Assembly (NCBI GenBank): GCA_028716725.1
Contig: JAQUPG010000004.1
Coordinates: forward strand, 2,680 to 66,679
DNA length: 64,000 bases
Reading direction: 5' to 3'
From: Patescibacteria group bacterium
GTDB lineage: Bacteria; Patescibacteriota; Patescibacteriia; Patescibacteriales; JAQTRU01
Positions 25,622 through 33,959 of the stretch are shown here, piece after piece. A program made the position numbers and the translations under genes. Every line of letters begins with the position of its first letter. Position 1 is the first letter of the stretch. The notes beneath the pieces are model-generated. The model was not told the DNA's origin. It saw nothing but the letters and a program-made list of their open reading frames with translations, and made no database searches.

Positions 25622-26686
25622 TTATACGTTGAGCAACGCCGCTTTCTTCCATGATTCTAAATATAATTTAAGCGTTTCTTCCTTGGAAGGCAATTTTTTA
25701 ACAGCCTCTCTGGCGCCTTCACCTAATTTTTTTCTTAATTCAGGATTATCAATTAATTTTATCATCGCCTTTTCTAGTTCTCTTTGGTTATCAACTGGAA
25801 TGACAATTCCTGATTCCCCGTTCTTAATAACTTCCTCCGCGCAGCCAACGTCTGTCATAATTATCGGTAAACCAGATCTGGCCGCTTCTATTACCGCCAT
25901 CCCCCACCCTTCATAATTTGAAGTCAGCAAAAATGCGTCGGCCTGGCTATAAAATTTTTCTAAATCACTCTGCCAGCCAAGTAATTTGATTTTATTGTTT
26001 AATTTTAAATCCGAAATCCGACGTCCGAAATCCGACGTCAGAGGTCCATCTCCCACAATCCACAATTCCGCATTTATTTCCTTCATCGCTTTAATCTGCA
26101 AACTGATATTTTTAACCGGCACCAATCGACCAACTGTTAAAAAAATAAACTGACTGTTATGCGTTGTGCGTTCCACGTTATGCGTTGTGCGTTCAACATA
26201 TATTGGCGCCACGGTAATTTTTTCTTCCTTAACTCCGAAATCGTTTATCAGCTTTTTTTTCAGCTTCTGGCTTACGGCTCTGACGGCGTCGGCTTTCGGA
26301 ATAACGAACTTAGCTATAATTTTCCGCAAACCAAAAAATTTTTCAAAACCGTGCACCTGAATTTCTAAACCAATCTTAAATCGGCGCGCCAGCTTCAGAG
26401 CGAGCCAGCCCAGGAAGTATTGGTCTTGGACCGTAATTAAATCATATTTTTCTCCCCGCAATAATTTTTTCGCCAGACTAAAAACCCGAAAAAATTTTAT
26501 TATTTTATTACAGCCCCCCCGGCCGTAAGCTCTCACCTTGCCCGACAAAATTATTTCTTCGTCTTTCCGGGCCGGAACAATTATTGTGTATTTATCAACT
26601 ATTCCGCCGTATTCAACCACCCTTCCGGCTAAATGAGAATTTTTATCCAGCAATGAATTGTCCAGCCCTAAGCTTAAAATTTTCAT
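25622..26686 (-). CDS. glycosyltransferase family 4
   Basis: 354 aa with the GT-B C-terminal signature FLLTSNYEGWGMAVIEAARSGLPIIMTDVGCAEEVI..GESG. Confidence 0.85.
   Translation of the reverse strand: MKILSLGLDNSLLDKNSHLAGRVVEYGGIVDKYTIIVPARKDEEIILSGKVRAYGRGGCNKIIKFFRVFSLAKKLLRGEKYDLITVQDQYFLGWLALKLARRFKIGLEIQVHGFEKFFGLRKIIAKFVIPKADAVRAVSQKLKKKLINDFGVKEEKITVAPIYVERTTHNVERTTHNSQFIFLTVGRLVPVKNISLQIKAMKEINAELWIVGDGPLTSDFGRRISDLKLNNKIKLLGWQSDLEKFYSQADAFLLTSNYEGWGMAVIEAARSGLPIIMTDVGCAEEVIKNGESGIVIPVDNQRELEKAMIKLIDNPELRKKLGEGAREAVKKLPSKEETLKLYLESWKKAALLNV
26009..26036. repeat. four heptamers TCCGAMR inside the GT4 coding sequence
   Basis: tccgaaa tccgacg tccgaaa tccgacg, plus a degenerate tcagagg. 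Encodes PLTSDFGRRISD on the minus strand. Confidence 0.85.
26155..26196. repeat. six heptamers CGTTNNN (a 2 x 21-nt duplication) inside the GT4 coding sequence
   Basis: tgttatg cgttgtg cgttcca cgttatg cgttgtg cgttcaa. Encodes VERTTHN twice. Confidence 0.85.
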
Positions 26687-26687
26687 T

Positions 26688-28283
26688 TTACAAATTCTTA
26701 AAAAAATTATAATGGTCTTGGGCTAAATCAAGCTTATTTCTTGCCGTGTCCACGGCCTTGATTTTCCCCAAGTAATTATTATAATTATCCCCGTTTAAAA
26801 GATAAATTATTTTTTCTTTTATATCATTTTCACTAAAGGGGTCTATAAAAATAAGCTCTTCTTTATATTTGCCGTAAAAACCGCATTCTTTAGTAACCAG
26901 AACGGGCTGGCCTAATTTAAGGCATTCTAACACCAGGTTCGGGCTTATTTCCGTTATGGAGGGCACTAAAACCAGGAAACTTCCTAAAATTTCTTTAGCC
27001 AGTTCCGGCCAAGCCAATTTTTTCTTAAAATTAACCCGGTTATTGATTCCCAGCTCCCGGGCCAGTTTTTTTAAATTCTCCTCTTCCGGCCCCTCGCCGA
27101 TAACTAACAAATTAACCTCCGGCAGCTCTCTGGCCGCGGCAAAAACCTTGGCAAAATTTTTTAATTTGATCAGCCTTCCGGCCAGTAAAACCCGCCTGTT
27201 CCCGGCCCTTACCCTTTCTTCTGGCGAAAAAAATTCCGGGAATATATTATCAATAACAAGAGCTTTATCCGGCTTAACCTTCAAATATTTTTCGTAAATT
27301 TCCTTCTGCCAGGGGGTGGAAAATATTATTTTGTCGCATCTTGGCAAAACGAATTTATAAACCAGTAAAAAAATCTTTTCCGTAAAATTCTTTGGCTCTT
27401 TATAATATCGGCTCAAGGGATTTTCTGTCCAGCCGTTATTATAAGCTTTTTCCCAAAGGAAATCTCCGCCTAAACGGATAACCAATTTTAACCGCGGTTT
27501 AAAAAGCTTAACCAAGGCGCAGGGCAATCCGACGCTGACCAAATCATGAGCATAAACAATATCCGCCCGGCCGGACAATTCCCAGACCCGCCGGAAATAT
27601 TTTAAATAACGGGAAATTATATTCTGTCTGCGGCTAATCCGAAAAATCCGGCGCTCGCTGTTGGTAATTTCTCCGTCGCCATAGGCAATAACCGTGACTT
27701 CGCATCCGAACTTGGGCAGTTCTTCGCCCAGGATTTTTGTATAAGTAGCCGGCCCGCCGATATCCGGAGGAAAGATGCCGGTAGCGATTAAAATTTTTAG
27801 CCCCCCTCTCTTTTCTTTTTTGGCTTCAATTTTTTTCTTTTCAAAAATTATAAATCGGTAAATAAGGAAGCTGCTAAAACCCAGCAAAGCGCCCATGATT
27901 ATCTGGGCCAAAATATACATAACGCCAAATTCATCAACCAATAAATACATGCCACCGGCATTAATCAGCAAATTTACTACGCCGACAATAAAATATAAAT
28001 ACATCTGCCGGTAAATCGTTTCCCGGCCGTTATCACGGAAGGTCCAGAACTTCTGCATGGAAAAGCTTACGAAATAAGCTATCAAGAAAGACAGGGAGGC
28101 CGAAATTAAATACCAAATTTTAAAAACATCGGTAAAAACATACAAAAAAATAAGGTCAACCAAGGCCGCCGTCCCGCCGGAAATAATATACTTTATAATT
28201 AACTTATATTTTTTAAACCTGTTATAAATACCGGGGGAAAGAGAGTAAAAAAAATTTTTGCAGTTTTTATAAATATTACTCAT
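26688..28283 (-). CDS. GtrA-like membrane domain fused to a GT-B glycosyltransferase
   Basis: 531 aa. N-terminal KYIISGGTAALVDLIFLYVF..FWTFRD is GtrA-like with 4 TM helices, followed by a two-Rossmann GT body. Confidence 0.75.
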   Translation of the reverse strand: MSNIYKNCKNFFYSLSPGIYNRFKKYKLIIKYIISGGTAALVDLIFLYVFTDVFKIWYLISASLSFLIAYFVSFSMQKFWTFRDNGRETIYRQMYLYFIVGVVNLLINAGGMYLLVDEFGVMYILAQIIMGALLGFSSFLIYRFIIFEKKKIEAKKEKRGGLKILIATGIFPPDIGGPATYTKILGEELPKFGCEVTVIAYGDGEITNSERRIFRISRRQNIISRYLKYFRRVWELSGRADIVYAHDLVSVGLPCALVKLFKPRLKLVIRLGGDFLWEKAYNNGWTENPLSRYYKEPKNFTEKIFLLVYKFVLPRCDKIIFSTPWQKEIYEKYLKVKPDKALVIDNIFPEFFSPEERVRAGNRRVLLAGRLIKLKNFAKVFAAARELPEVNLLVIGEGPEEENLKKLARELGINNRVNFKKKLAWPELAKEILGSFLVLVPSITEISPNLVLECLKLGQPVLVTKECGFYGKYKEELIFIDPFSENDIKEKIIYLLNGDNYNNYLGKIKAVDTARNKLDLAQDHYNFFKNL

Positions 28284-28298
28284 TAATTTAAAAAGTAT

Positions 28299-29480
28299 TT
28301 AAAATATTAATTTATTGAATATATTATCCATCCGCTTCGCGATTTTATCCCACTCATATTTTTCTTTAACCATCTCCCGGGCATTATTTATAACCCATTG
28401 CCTTAAGGCCGTGTTTTTCTCGTCCAAAATCAATTTTATTTTCTCGGCAATGCTTTCCGGATTTTTAACCCCGCAAAACCAGCCGGTCGCCCGCTCTGAG
28501 CTAGCCGAAGGGTCTTTTAAGAAATCAGGAATCCCGCCAACCGGCGTGGCAATAACCGGCACTCCGGCCGCCATCGCTTCTAAAAATACGTTCCCCAGGC
28601 CTTCCGTTAAAGACGGGCGGCAAAAAACATCAGCAGCCGCATAATATTTAGGCAACTCATCATACGGAATATGGCCTAGGAATAAAATTTTATCTTCTAT
28701 ATCCAAACTCTTCGCCAGCTTTCTTAATTTATTCTCTTTTTCTCCTACCCCGCAAACTATTAATTTCGCATTTATATTTTTCATCGCTTCAATCAGGTCG
28801 CTAACCCCATTCTTTTTAACTAACCTCGAAACTGTAATCACCGCTTTTTCATTTTCCCCAAATCCCAATTTCTTCTTAAAATCATTAATTGAAAATTTAT
28901 AATTGTTAATTGATAATTGATTAAAATTTACTCCGTTCGGCACAACCTCAATCGGGCAGACCGCCCCCATTTTTTGGGCCCAAGCCGCCAGATAATTGCT
29001 GATGGCCTGGACATAGTCGGCTCCGGTAAAAATACTCTTAAACTTTCTTTTGCTAAGCGCCATTTTCCGCTCCACCTCAGCCAGGTTATCCCCTTCCTGG
29101 AGAGTCAACAAAAATTTAACCTCCGGGTTTTTCTTTTTAAAAATCCCGGCTGCCAAACCGCCGAAACTGGCCATAATCGCCCAGATAGCTCCATACTTAT
29201 TTTTCTTATGTAATTTTTTAGCAAACTTAGCTCCTCCAAAAGCGAGTATTAGCTTATCAAAAATCGGCCAACCAATGCCGATTCTGTAAACATTAATATT
29301 GCCAAGGCGCTCAAACTTAGGCAGTTTGACGTTCATCCTGGCCGTAACCATATCAAACTCTATATCGGAAATCCGGTCGGTTATTTCTTTAACCGCCACT
29401 TCGGCTCCGCCCACAAAAGGAAAATAAGCGGTTGAAAAAATTAAAACTCTTTTCACCCCGTTAGAAATTATGTTTGCCAT
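28299..29480 (-). CDS. glycosyltransferase family 4
   Basis: 393 aa. RVLIFSTAYFPFVGGAEV at the N-terminus and FCRPSLTEGLGNVFLEAMAAGVPVIATPVGGIPDFL at the C-terminus. The true start may be the GTG at V9. Confidence 0.85.
   Translation of the reverse strand: MANIISNGVKRVLIFSTAYFPFVGGAEVAVKEITDRISDIEFDMVTARMNVKLPKFERLGNINVYRIGIGWPIFDKLILAFGGAKFAKKLHKKNKYGAIWAIMASFGGLAAGIFKKKNPEVKFLLTLQEGDNLAEVERKMALSKRKFKSIFTGADYVQAISNYLAAWAQKMGAVCPIEVVPNGVNFNQLSINNYKFSINDFKKKLGFGENEKAVITVSRLVKKNGVSDLIEAMKNINAKLIVCGVGEKENKLRKLAKSLDIEDKILFLGHIPYDELPKYYAAADVFCRPSLTEGLGNVFLEAMAAGVPVIATPVGGIPDFLKDPSASSERATGWFCGVKNPESIAEKIKLILDEKNTALRQWVINNAREMVKEKYEWDKIAKRMDNIFNKLIF
28885..28919. repeat. heptamers WTAATTG inside the GT4 coding sequence
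   Basis: ttaattg aaaattt ataattg ttaattg ataattg. Encodes NQLSINNYKFSIN on the minus strand. Confidence 0.65.
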
Positions 29481-29546
29481 ATGATTGCCATATATGGTAA
29501 TTGTTTTATTTTTCTACCCGTTTTTATTATTTCTAACGGGGTTCAT
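29453..29546. repeat. Convergent pair of the ATTTCTAACGGGGT motif bracketing the start codon of 28299..29480
   Basis: TCACCCCGTTAGAAAT at 29453-29468 (codons ISNGV) and ATTTCTAACGGGGTTCAT at 29529-29546, which overlaps the stop codon of 29543..30475. Confidence 0.85.
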
Positions 29547-30475
29547 TTTATTACAGTTTTAAAATATCCAATGGTTTTTTTAAGCCCTTCTTCCAGAGTG
29601 ATTGCCGGCTGCCAGTTTAGTTTTTCTTCGGCCAGGCTTATGTCCGGTTTTCTCTGTTTCGGGTCGTCCGCCGGCAGATCTTTAAAAACGATTTTACTCC
29701 CGCTCTCCGGGATTAGGGCTAAAACCTTTTCCGCCAGCTCTTTCATGGAAAATTCCGCCGGGTTGCCCAAATTGACCGGACCGGTGAAATCTTTCCCTCC
29801 CATTAAAGCGATTAAACCTTCCACCAAATCATCAACGTAGCAAAAACTTCTGGTCTGGCTGCCGTCCCCGTAAATGGTTAAATCTTCTCCGCGCAGGGCC
29901 TGTATAATAAAATTGGAAACCACCCGCCCGTCTTCCACGGCCATATTCGGCCCATAAGTATTAAAAATCCTTACCACTTTTATATCCACGCCGTATTCGC
30001 GCCAGTAATCGAAAAATAAAGTTTCGGCGCAGCGCTTGCCTTCATCATAGCAGGACCTAATCCCGATCGGGTTGACATTACCCCAATAACTCTCTTTTTG
30101 GGGGTGGACTCTCGGGTCGCCGTATACTTCTGAAGTGGAAGCCTGTAAAACTCGGCAGCCTAATTTTTTCGTCAGGTCTAGGGCGTTAATCGCCCCCAGA
30201 ATACTAGTCCTGACGGTTTTAACCGGATCCTTCTGATACCAAATAGGCGCGGCCGGACAGGCTAAATTATAAATTTCGTCCACGGCAAAATCATAAGGCT
30301 TTTCCACGTCATGCTCGGCCAGCTTAAAATTTTTATTACCCATTAAATTCTCAATATTCTTTTGCGAACCGGTAAAAAAATTATCAAGACAAATAACTTC
30401 ATTGCCCTTCTCTAAAAGTTTTTCGCACAGATGCGAGCCGATAAACCCGGCCCCGCCCGTAACCAATATTTTCAT
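29543..30475 (-). CDS. UDP-glucuronate decarboxylase (UXS-type SDR)
   Basis: 310 aa: [53 protein letters not shown]. Confidence 0.85.
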   Translation of the reverse strand: MKILVTGGAGFIGSHLCEKLLEKGNEVICLDNFFTGSQKNIENLMGNKNFKLAEHDVEKPYDFAVDEIYNLACPAAPIWYQKDPVKTVRTSILGAINALDLTKKLGCRVLQASTSEVYGDPRVHPQKESYWGNVNPIGIRSCYDEGKRCAETLFFDYWREYGVDIKVVRIFNTYGPNMAVEDGRVVSNFIIQALRGEDLTIYGDGSQTRSFCYVDDLVEGLIALMGGKDFTGPVNLGNPAEFSMKELAEKVLALIPESGSKIVFKDLPADDPKQRKPDISLAEEKLNWQPAITLEEGLKKTIGYFKTVIK

Positions 30476-30545
30476 AAATTGGTAATTAAATGTTAGATGC
30501 TCAGATATTAAAAGATTATTTTAAACAATCCCGTAAGGAGAGAAT

Positions 30546-30601
30546 CGTTATGCGTTATGCGTTATGCGTTATGCGTTATGCGTTATGCGTTATGCGTTAT
30601 G
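30546..30601. repeat. perfect microsatellite (CGTTATG)x8
   Basis: Eight identical heptamers plus one degenerate unit, in the 129-nt gap between the UXS start codon and the epimerase stop codon. Confidence 0.95.
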
Positions 30602-30604
30602 CGA

Positions 30605-31504
30605 TTATATTCCCATTTCTTTCTTATACTCCGGGAGCCACTCCGGCAAATCCATAGTCGGCTGCCAGCCTAATAATTTCTTGGCCAAAGCGTTGCCGCA
30701 TAGATTGCGCTTCGGCTCAATTCTTGGCGCGATATTAGTTACGGGACCGCCTAACATTTCGGCTATCTGGTTGACGTTATATTCCGTGCTTTGCCCGGCG
30801 TTAATGGCGCGGCCATCGCCGATATCGCTCTTAGCCGCCAGGATATTGGCCCTAACAATATCTTTAACAAAAGTATAAGTGCGCAAATTGGTGCCGTCTC
30901 CGGCCACGGTCATGGGCTCGCCCCGCTTTCTTTGCTGGCCGAAAATACTTACCACCGAAGCATAAGCGCCGTCGGTAGCCATACGCGGACCATAAACATT
31001 GAAGTATCTTAAGCAGACAGTAGGTAATTTATAAACATAGCTGAACAAACGGCAATATTCCTCGCCGATATATTTTTGCAGGCCGTAAGGGCTGATCGGC
31101 GCAGCCTCCATATCCTCGGTTAAAGGCATTTTTTTCTGATTGCCGTAAATTGAAGAGGAAGAGGCGTATATTACTTTTTTGACCTTTGCGTCGCGAGCCG
31201 CTACCAAAACATTAAGCATGGCATTAACATTATTGTCATTATACTTTATCGGATCTTCAATTGAAGGCTGTACCCGGGCCAAAGCGGCTTCATGAAAAAC
31301 ATAATCTACGCCGATGAAACATGACTTAATATCTTCCAGATTGCGCAAATCCAGTTTATAAAAATTCGCTTTAGAATTTACCTGCTCTCTTTTACCGGTA
31401 GCCAGATTGTCAATAACAATAACTTCATCGCCCTGATTTATTAATTCATCAACTAAATTCGAGCCAACGAAGCCGGCTCCGCCGGTCACTAAACATTTTG
31501 CCAT
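30605..31504 (-). CDS. NAD-dependent epimerase/dehydratase (UDP-sugar 4-epimerase-like)
   Basis: 299 aa: TGGAGFVGSNL, SSSSIYG, YGLQKYIGE (the YxxxK motif). Confidence 0.8.
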   Translation of the reverse strand: MAKCLVTGGAGFVGSNLVDELINQGDEVIVIDNLATGKREQVNSKANFYKLDLRNLEDIKSCFIGVDYVFHEAALARVQPSIEDPIKYNDNNVNAMLNVLVAARDAKVKKVIYASSSSIYGNQKKMPLTEDMEAAPISPYGLQKYIGEEYCRLFSYVYKLPTVCLRYFNVYGPRMATDGAYASVVSIFGQQRKRGEPMTVAGDGTNLRTYTFVKDIVRANILAAKSDIGDGRAINAGQSTEYNVNQIAEMLGGPVTNIAPRIEPKRNLCGNALAKKLLGWQPTMDLPEWLPEYKKEMGI

Positions 31505-31509
31505 AAAAT

Positions 31510-32067
31510 TTATGCTATTAACTTTTTCTCCTCCAATATTTTTAAAGCGTTTAAAATCTTTAAATCAACCACAAAATTCTTATGCTTTTTTAGGCAAAAA
31601 TCCGCCAATTTTTTAAGAGGAACTCTTACCACTTTTATTTCTTCACTGTCGTCCGAGGAAACGCCGTCAAAACCAAAAAAAGTTGCTTCCGGGGCGAAAT
31701 AGAAAAAAATTTCACTATTGGTAAGGCCTTGGTTAAAATATCCCCGGCTAACAAAAATAAATTTTTTTGCCTTATAACCGGTCTCTTCTAAAAGTTCCCT
31801 TCTGGCGGCTCCAACCAAGCTCTCTCCGCTCTTATCCGCCAAACCGACCGGCAGTTCCACAATATCTTTTTCCAGCGGAAAACGAAATTGCCTGCCCAAA
31901 ATTACTTCTTTTTTCTTCGTTAAAGCAAAAATCATCACGATGTTTTTCGTTCTGGAGAGCTCTACGCATTCCCATATGCCTCTGGTTCCGTTCTTATTGG
32001 AAAATCCTTTGCCGATAACCCTTATGAATTTCCCCTGCCATAATAATTTGCGGGAGAATTTTCTCAT
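31510..32067 (-). CDS. NUDIX hydrolase
   Basis: 185 aa with a Nudix box, GESLVGAARRELLEETGY. Confidence 0.7.
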   Translation of the reverse strand: MRKFSRKLLWQGKFIRVIGKGFSNKNGTRGIWECVELSRTKNIVMIFALTKKKEVILGRQFRFPLEKDIVELPVGLADKSGESLVGAARRELLEETGYKAKKFIFVSRGYFNQGLTNSEIFFYFAPEATFFGFDGVSSDDSEEIKVVRVPLKKLADFCLKKHKNFVVDLKILNALKILEEKKLIA

Positions 32068-32068
32068 A

Positions 32069-32944
32069 TTATTTCTTTGCTTGTCCCGCCTCTTTTGCGG
32101 TGATAATTTCTTCTCCGTAAACGCCGGCGAGCAAATCTAAATCCTTGCCGCTTGAAACCAATAAATCAATGTTTTTATCCTTTAAACTCTCTAAAACTTT
32201 TAGGCCGAATTCATCGCCAATGTGCTCTTTATACATATCGGAGAAAGCGGCAAAATCCTTTATAAAGCAATGGCCGCCGGCGCCGCGCCCGCCCTGATGA
32301 ACCGGATTTAGATGAGTCCGGCCGATTCTCGGGTCAGCCGCCATTGTCTCCTGGATTATTCCCCATTGGCAATCCATTTTTTGAGCTAAATCATAAAGCA
32401 TGTTGATAAAAATAACTTTAAAATAAAACCAGCAATTGCCTCCGTACTTTATTAATTCCGCCTCTTTAGCCGAACAAATAATTTTATAAGCCGCATAAGG
32501 CAGAACTTCTAAAACCTCCCTAGCTTTTTCTTTATAATCATCCGAATCTTTTGGTAAACCAATAATGTTCCTGGTGGGATTAGACGCATCATGAGCCGCT
32601 GTGGCTTCTGTTAGAAACTCCGGGGAATGCATAACATAAATATTCGGGTTTTCCTCCTGAATGGATTCAGTCGTTCCCGGCAACAAGGTCGATTTAATCA
32701 CGGCGATTTTTCCTTCTCCCACTGATTTTATGGCTTGCCTTAAAATACTCGAGTCAAAACCGGCCGGCGTACTTGGCGTCGGAACGGCAATAAAAACAAT
32801 GTCGCAGTCTTTTATTTTCTCTTTGTTGTCAACATAGGGCTTTTCCAGGCTATAGCGGACGATTTCAAAGCCTCTTTTTTCAAAATCATCGGCATAATTT
32901 TTGCCGATCCAGCCCTGGCCAATAAAGCCAATTTTTTTGCCCAT
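32069..32944 (-). CDS. UDP-glucose/GDP-mannose dehydrogenase family protein (short form)
   Basis: 291 aa. Rossmann IGFIGQGWIG and a catalytic-Cys context, GGHCFIKD. It lacks the usual C-terminal domain. Confidence 0.7.
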   Translation of the reverse strand: MGKKIGFIGQGWIGKNYADDFEKRGFEIVRYSLEKPYVDNKEKIKDCDIVFIAVPTPSTPAGFDSSILRQAIKSVGEGKIAVIKSTLLPGTTESIQEENPNIYVMHSPEFLTEATAAHDASNPTRNIIGLPKDSDDYKEKAREVLEVLPYAAYKIICSAKEAELIKYGGNCWFYFKVIFINMLYDLAQKMDCQWGIIQETMAADPRIGRTHLNPVHQGGRGAGGHCFIKDFAAFSDMYKEHIGDEFGLKVLESLKDKNIDLLVSSGKDLDLLAGVYGEEIITAKEAGQAKK

Positions 32945-33134
32945 AGAGTTTTAAATTTTGTTTAATTATAAGTAATAAGTAAATAAAAAATACTAAGTTT
33001 TTTTCTTAGTTTAAAGCGATAACTTGTACACTCTTAATCTATAGATATTATTAAACAAAATAGATAAAAAGTCAATAAAAAAAGAAAAGAGCGGGACTTC
33101 CTAAATCCCGCTCTCAAATATTCGAAAATTTATG

Positions 33135-33503
33135 TCAGACGGCCACCTGCAGGCAGAAACATTTTTCCTCTTCGGTAATTTCGGAATAGCAATACGCTAT
33201 CCCCTCCTCCGGCAGGATGATCCTGACCTTTAAACACTGCCTATCATCAATCGTTACCAACTCTTCAGGAACACCGGTGAATTCAACCCAGGCGAACAGA
33301 CCGGCGAAAAATTTTTTCTCTTTGCCGATTTTTATTTTTGCCAAAGGCGTATTTTCAGCCGAACCCTTCCCTTTTGGTTTCAGATGCTTCCGCAGAAGCT
33401 CGATGAGCTTCGTCTCGAAAAAAATCGGATTTCTCCCCCTGTCTTTTTTGGGGATCGCACCATATGGTTTACTGCCGCCGTAAAGACCCCAAAAATTAGC
33501 CAT
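33135..33503 (-). CDS. hypothetical protein, paralog of 33519..33872
   Basis: 122 aa with RBS AAGGAGGGAG. The C-terminal half (FFAGLFAW...LKVRIILPEEGIAYCY) matches the upstream neighbour. Confidence 0.55.
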   Translation of the reverse strand: MANFWGLYGGSKPYGAIPKKDRGRNPIFFETKLIELLRKHLKPKGKGSAENTPLAKIKIGKEKKFFAGLFAWVEFTGVPEELVTIDDRQCLKVRIILPEEGIAYCYSEITEEEKCFCLQVAV

Positions 33504-33518
33504 ACTCCCTCCTTTTTA

Positions 33519-33872
33519 CTAAACGGTTTCAAGATAATCGCACTTACCCTTCTTAACTCGCACATAGCAGTAAATTTTCCCTGGCATTATTTCAATCTTC
33601 AAATACCGTTTTTTATAACCTTTTTCTCCCCATCTCACAATTCTACAGGGGGTGCCGCTGGATTTATAGGAGCAAAAACCGGCTTTGAAAGTTTGTTCTT
33701 TGCCCATTTCTACATCTCGTAAAAAGACAAAGCCGGCGCAGTCTCCGATTTTTTCCACTTTGCTTGCCAAAGATTCAAGGCGGAGGGCTTCAAAGACAAC
33801 ACTATAACTAGCCATCTTACCGTCGGTTATCTCTGCTAAACCATCATCCCCTAAAGTATGAAAGAATGCCAC
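33519..33872 (-). CDS. hypothetical protein, paralog of 33135..33503
   Basis: 117 aa with a GTG start after RBS AAGGAGG. Contains FKAGFCSY...LKIEIMPGKIYCY. Confidence 0.55.
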   Translation of the reverse strand: MAFFHTLGDDGLAEITDGKMASYSVVFEALRLESLASKVEKIGDCAGFVFLRDVEMGKEQTFKAGFCSYKSSGTPCRIVRWGEKGYKKRYLKIEIMPGKIYCYVRVKKGKCDYLETV

Positions 33873-33959
33873 AATTGCCTCCTTATTCTATTTAATTTAC
33901 AAAGTTCAAATTATAGTATAATGTAATAATATAAGCATAAAATTCAACTTTAGTCAATT

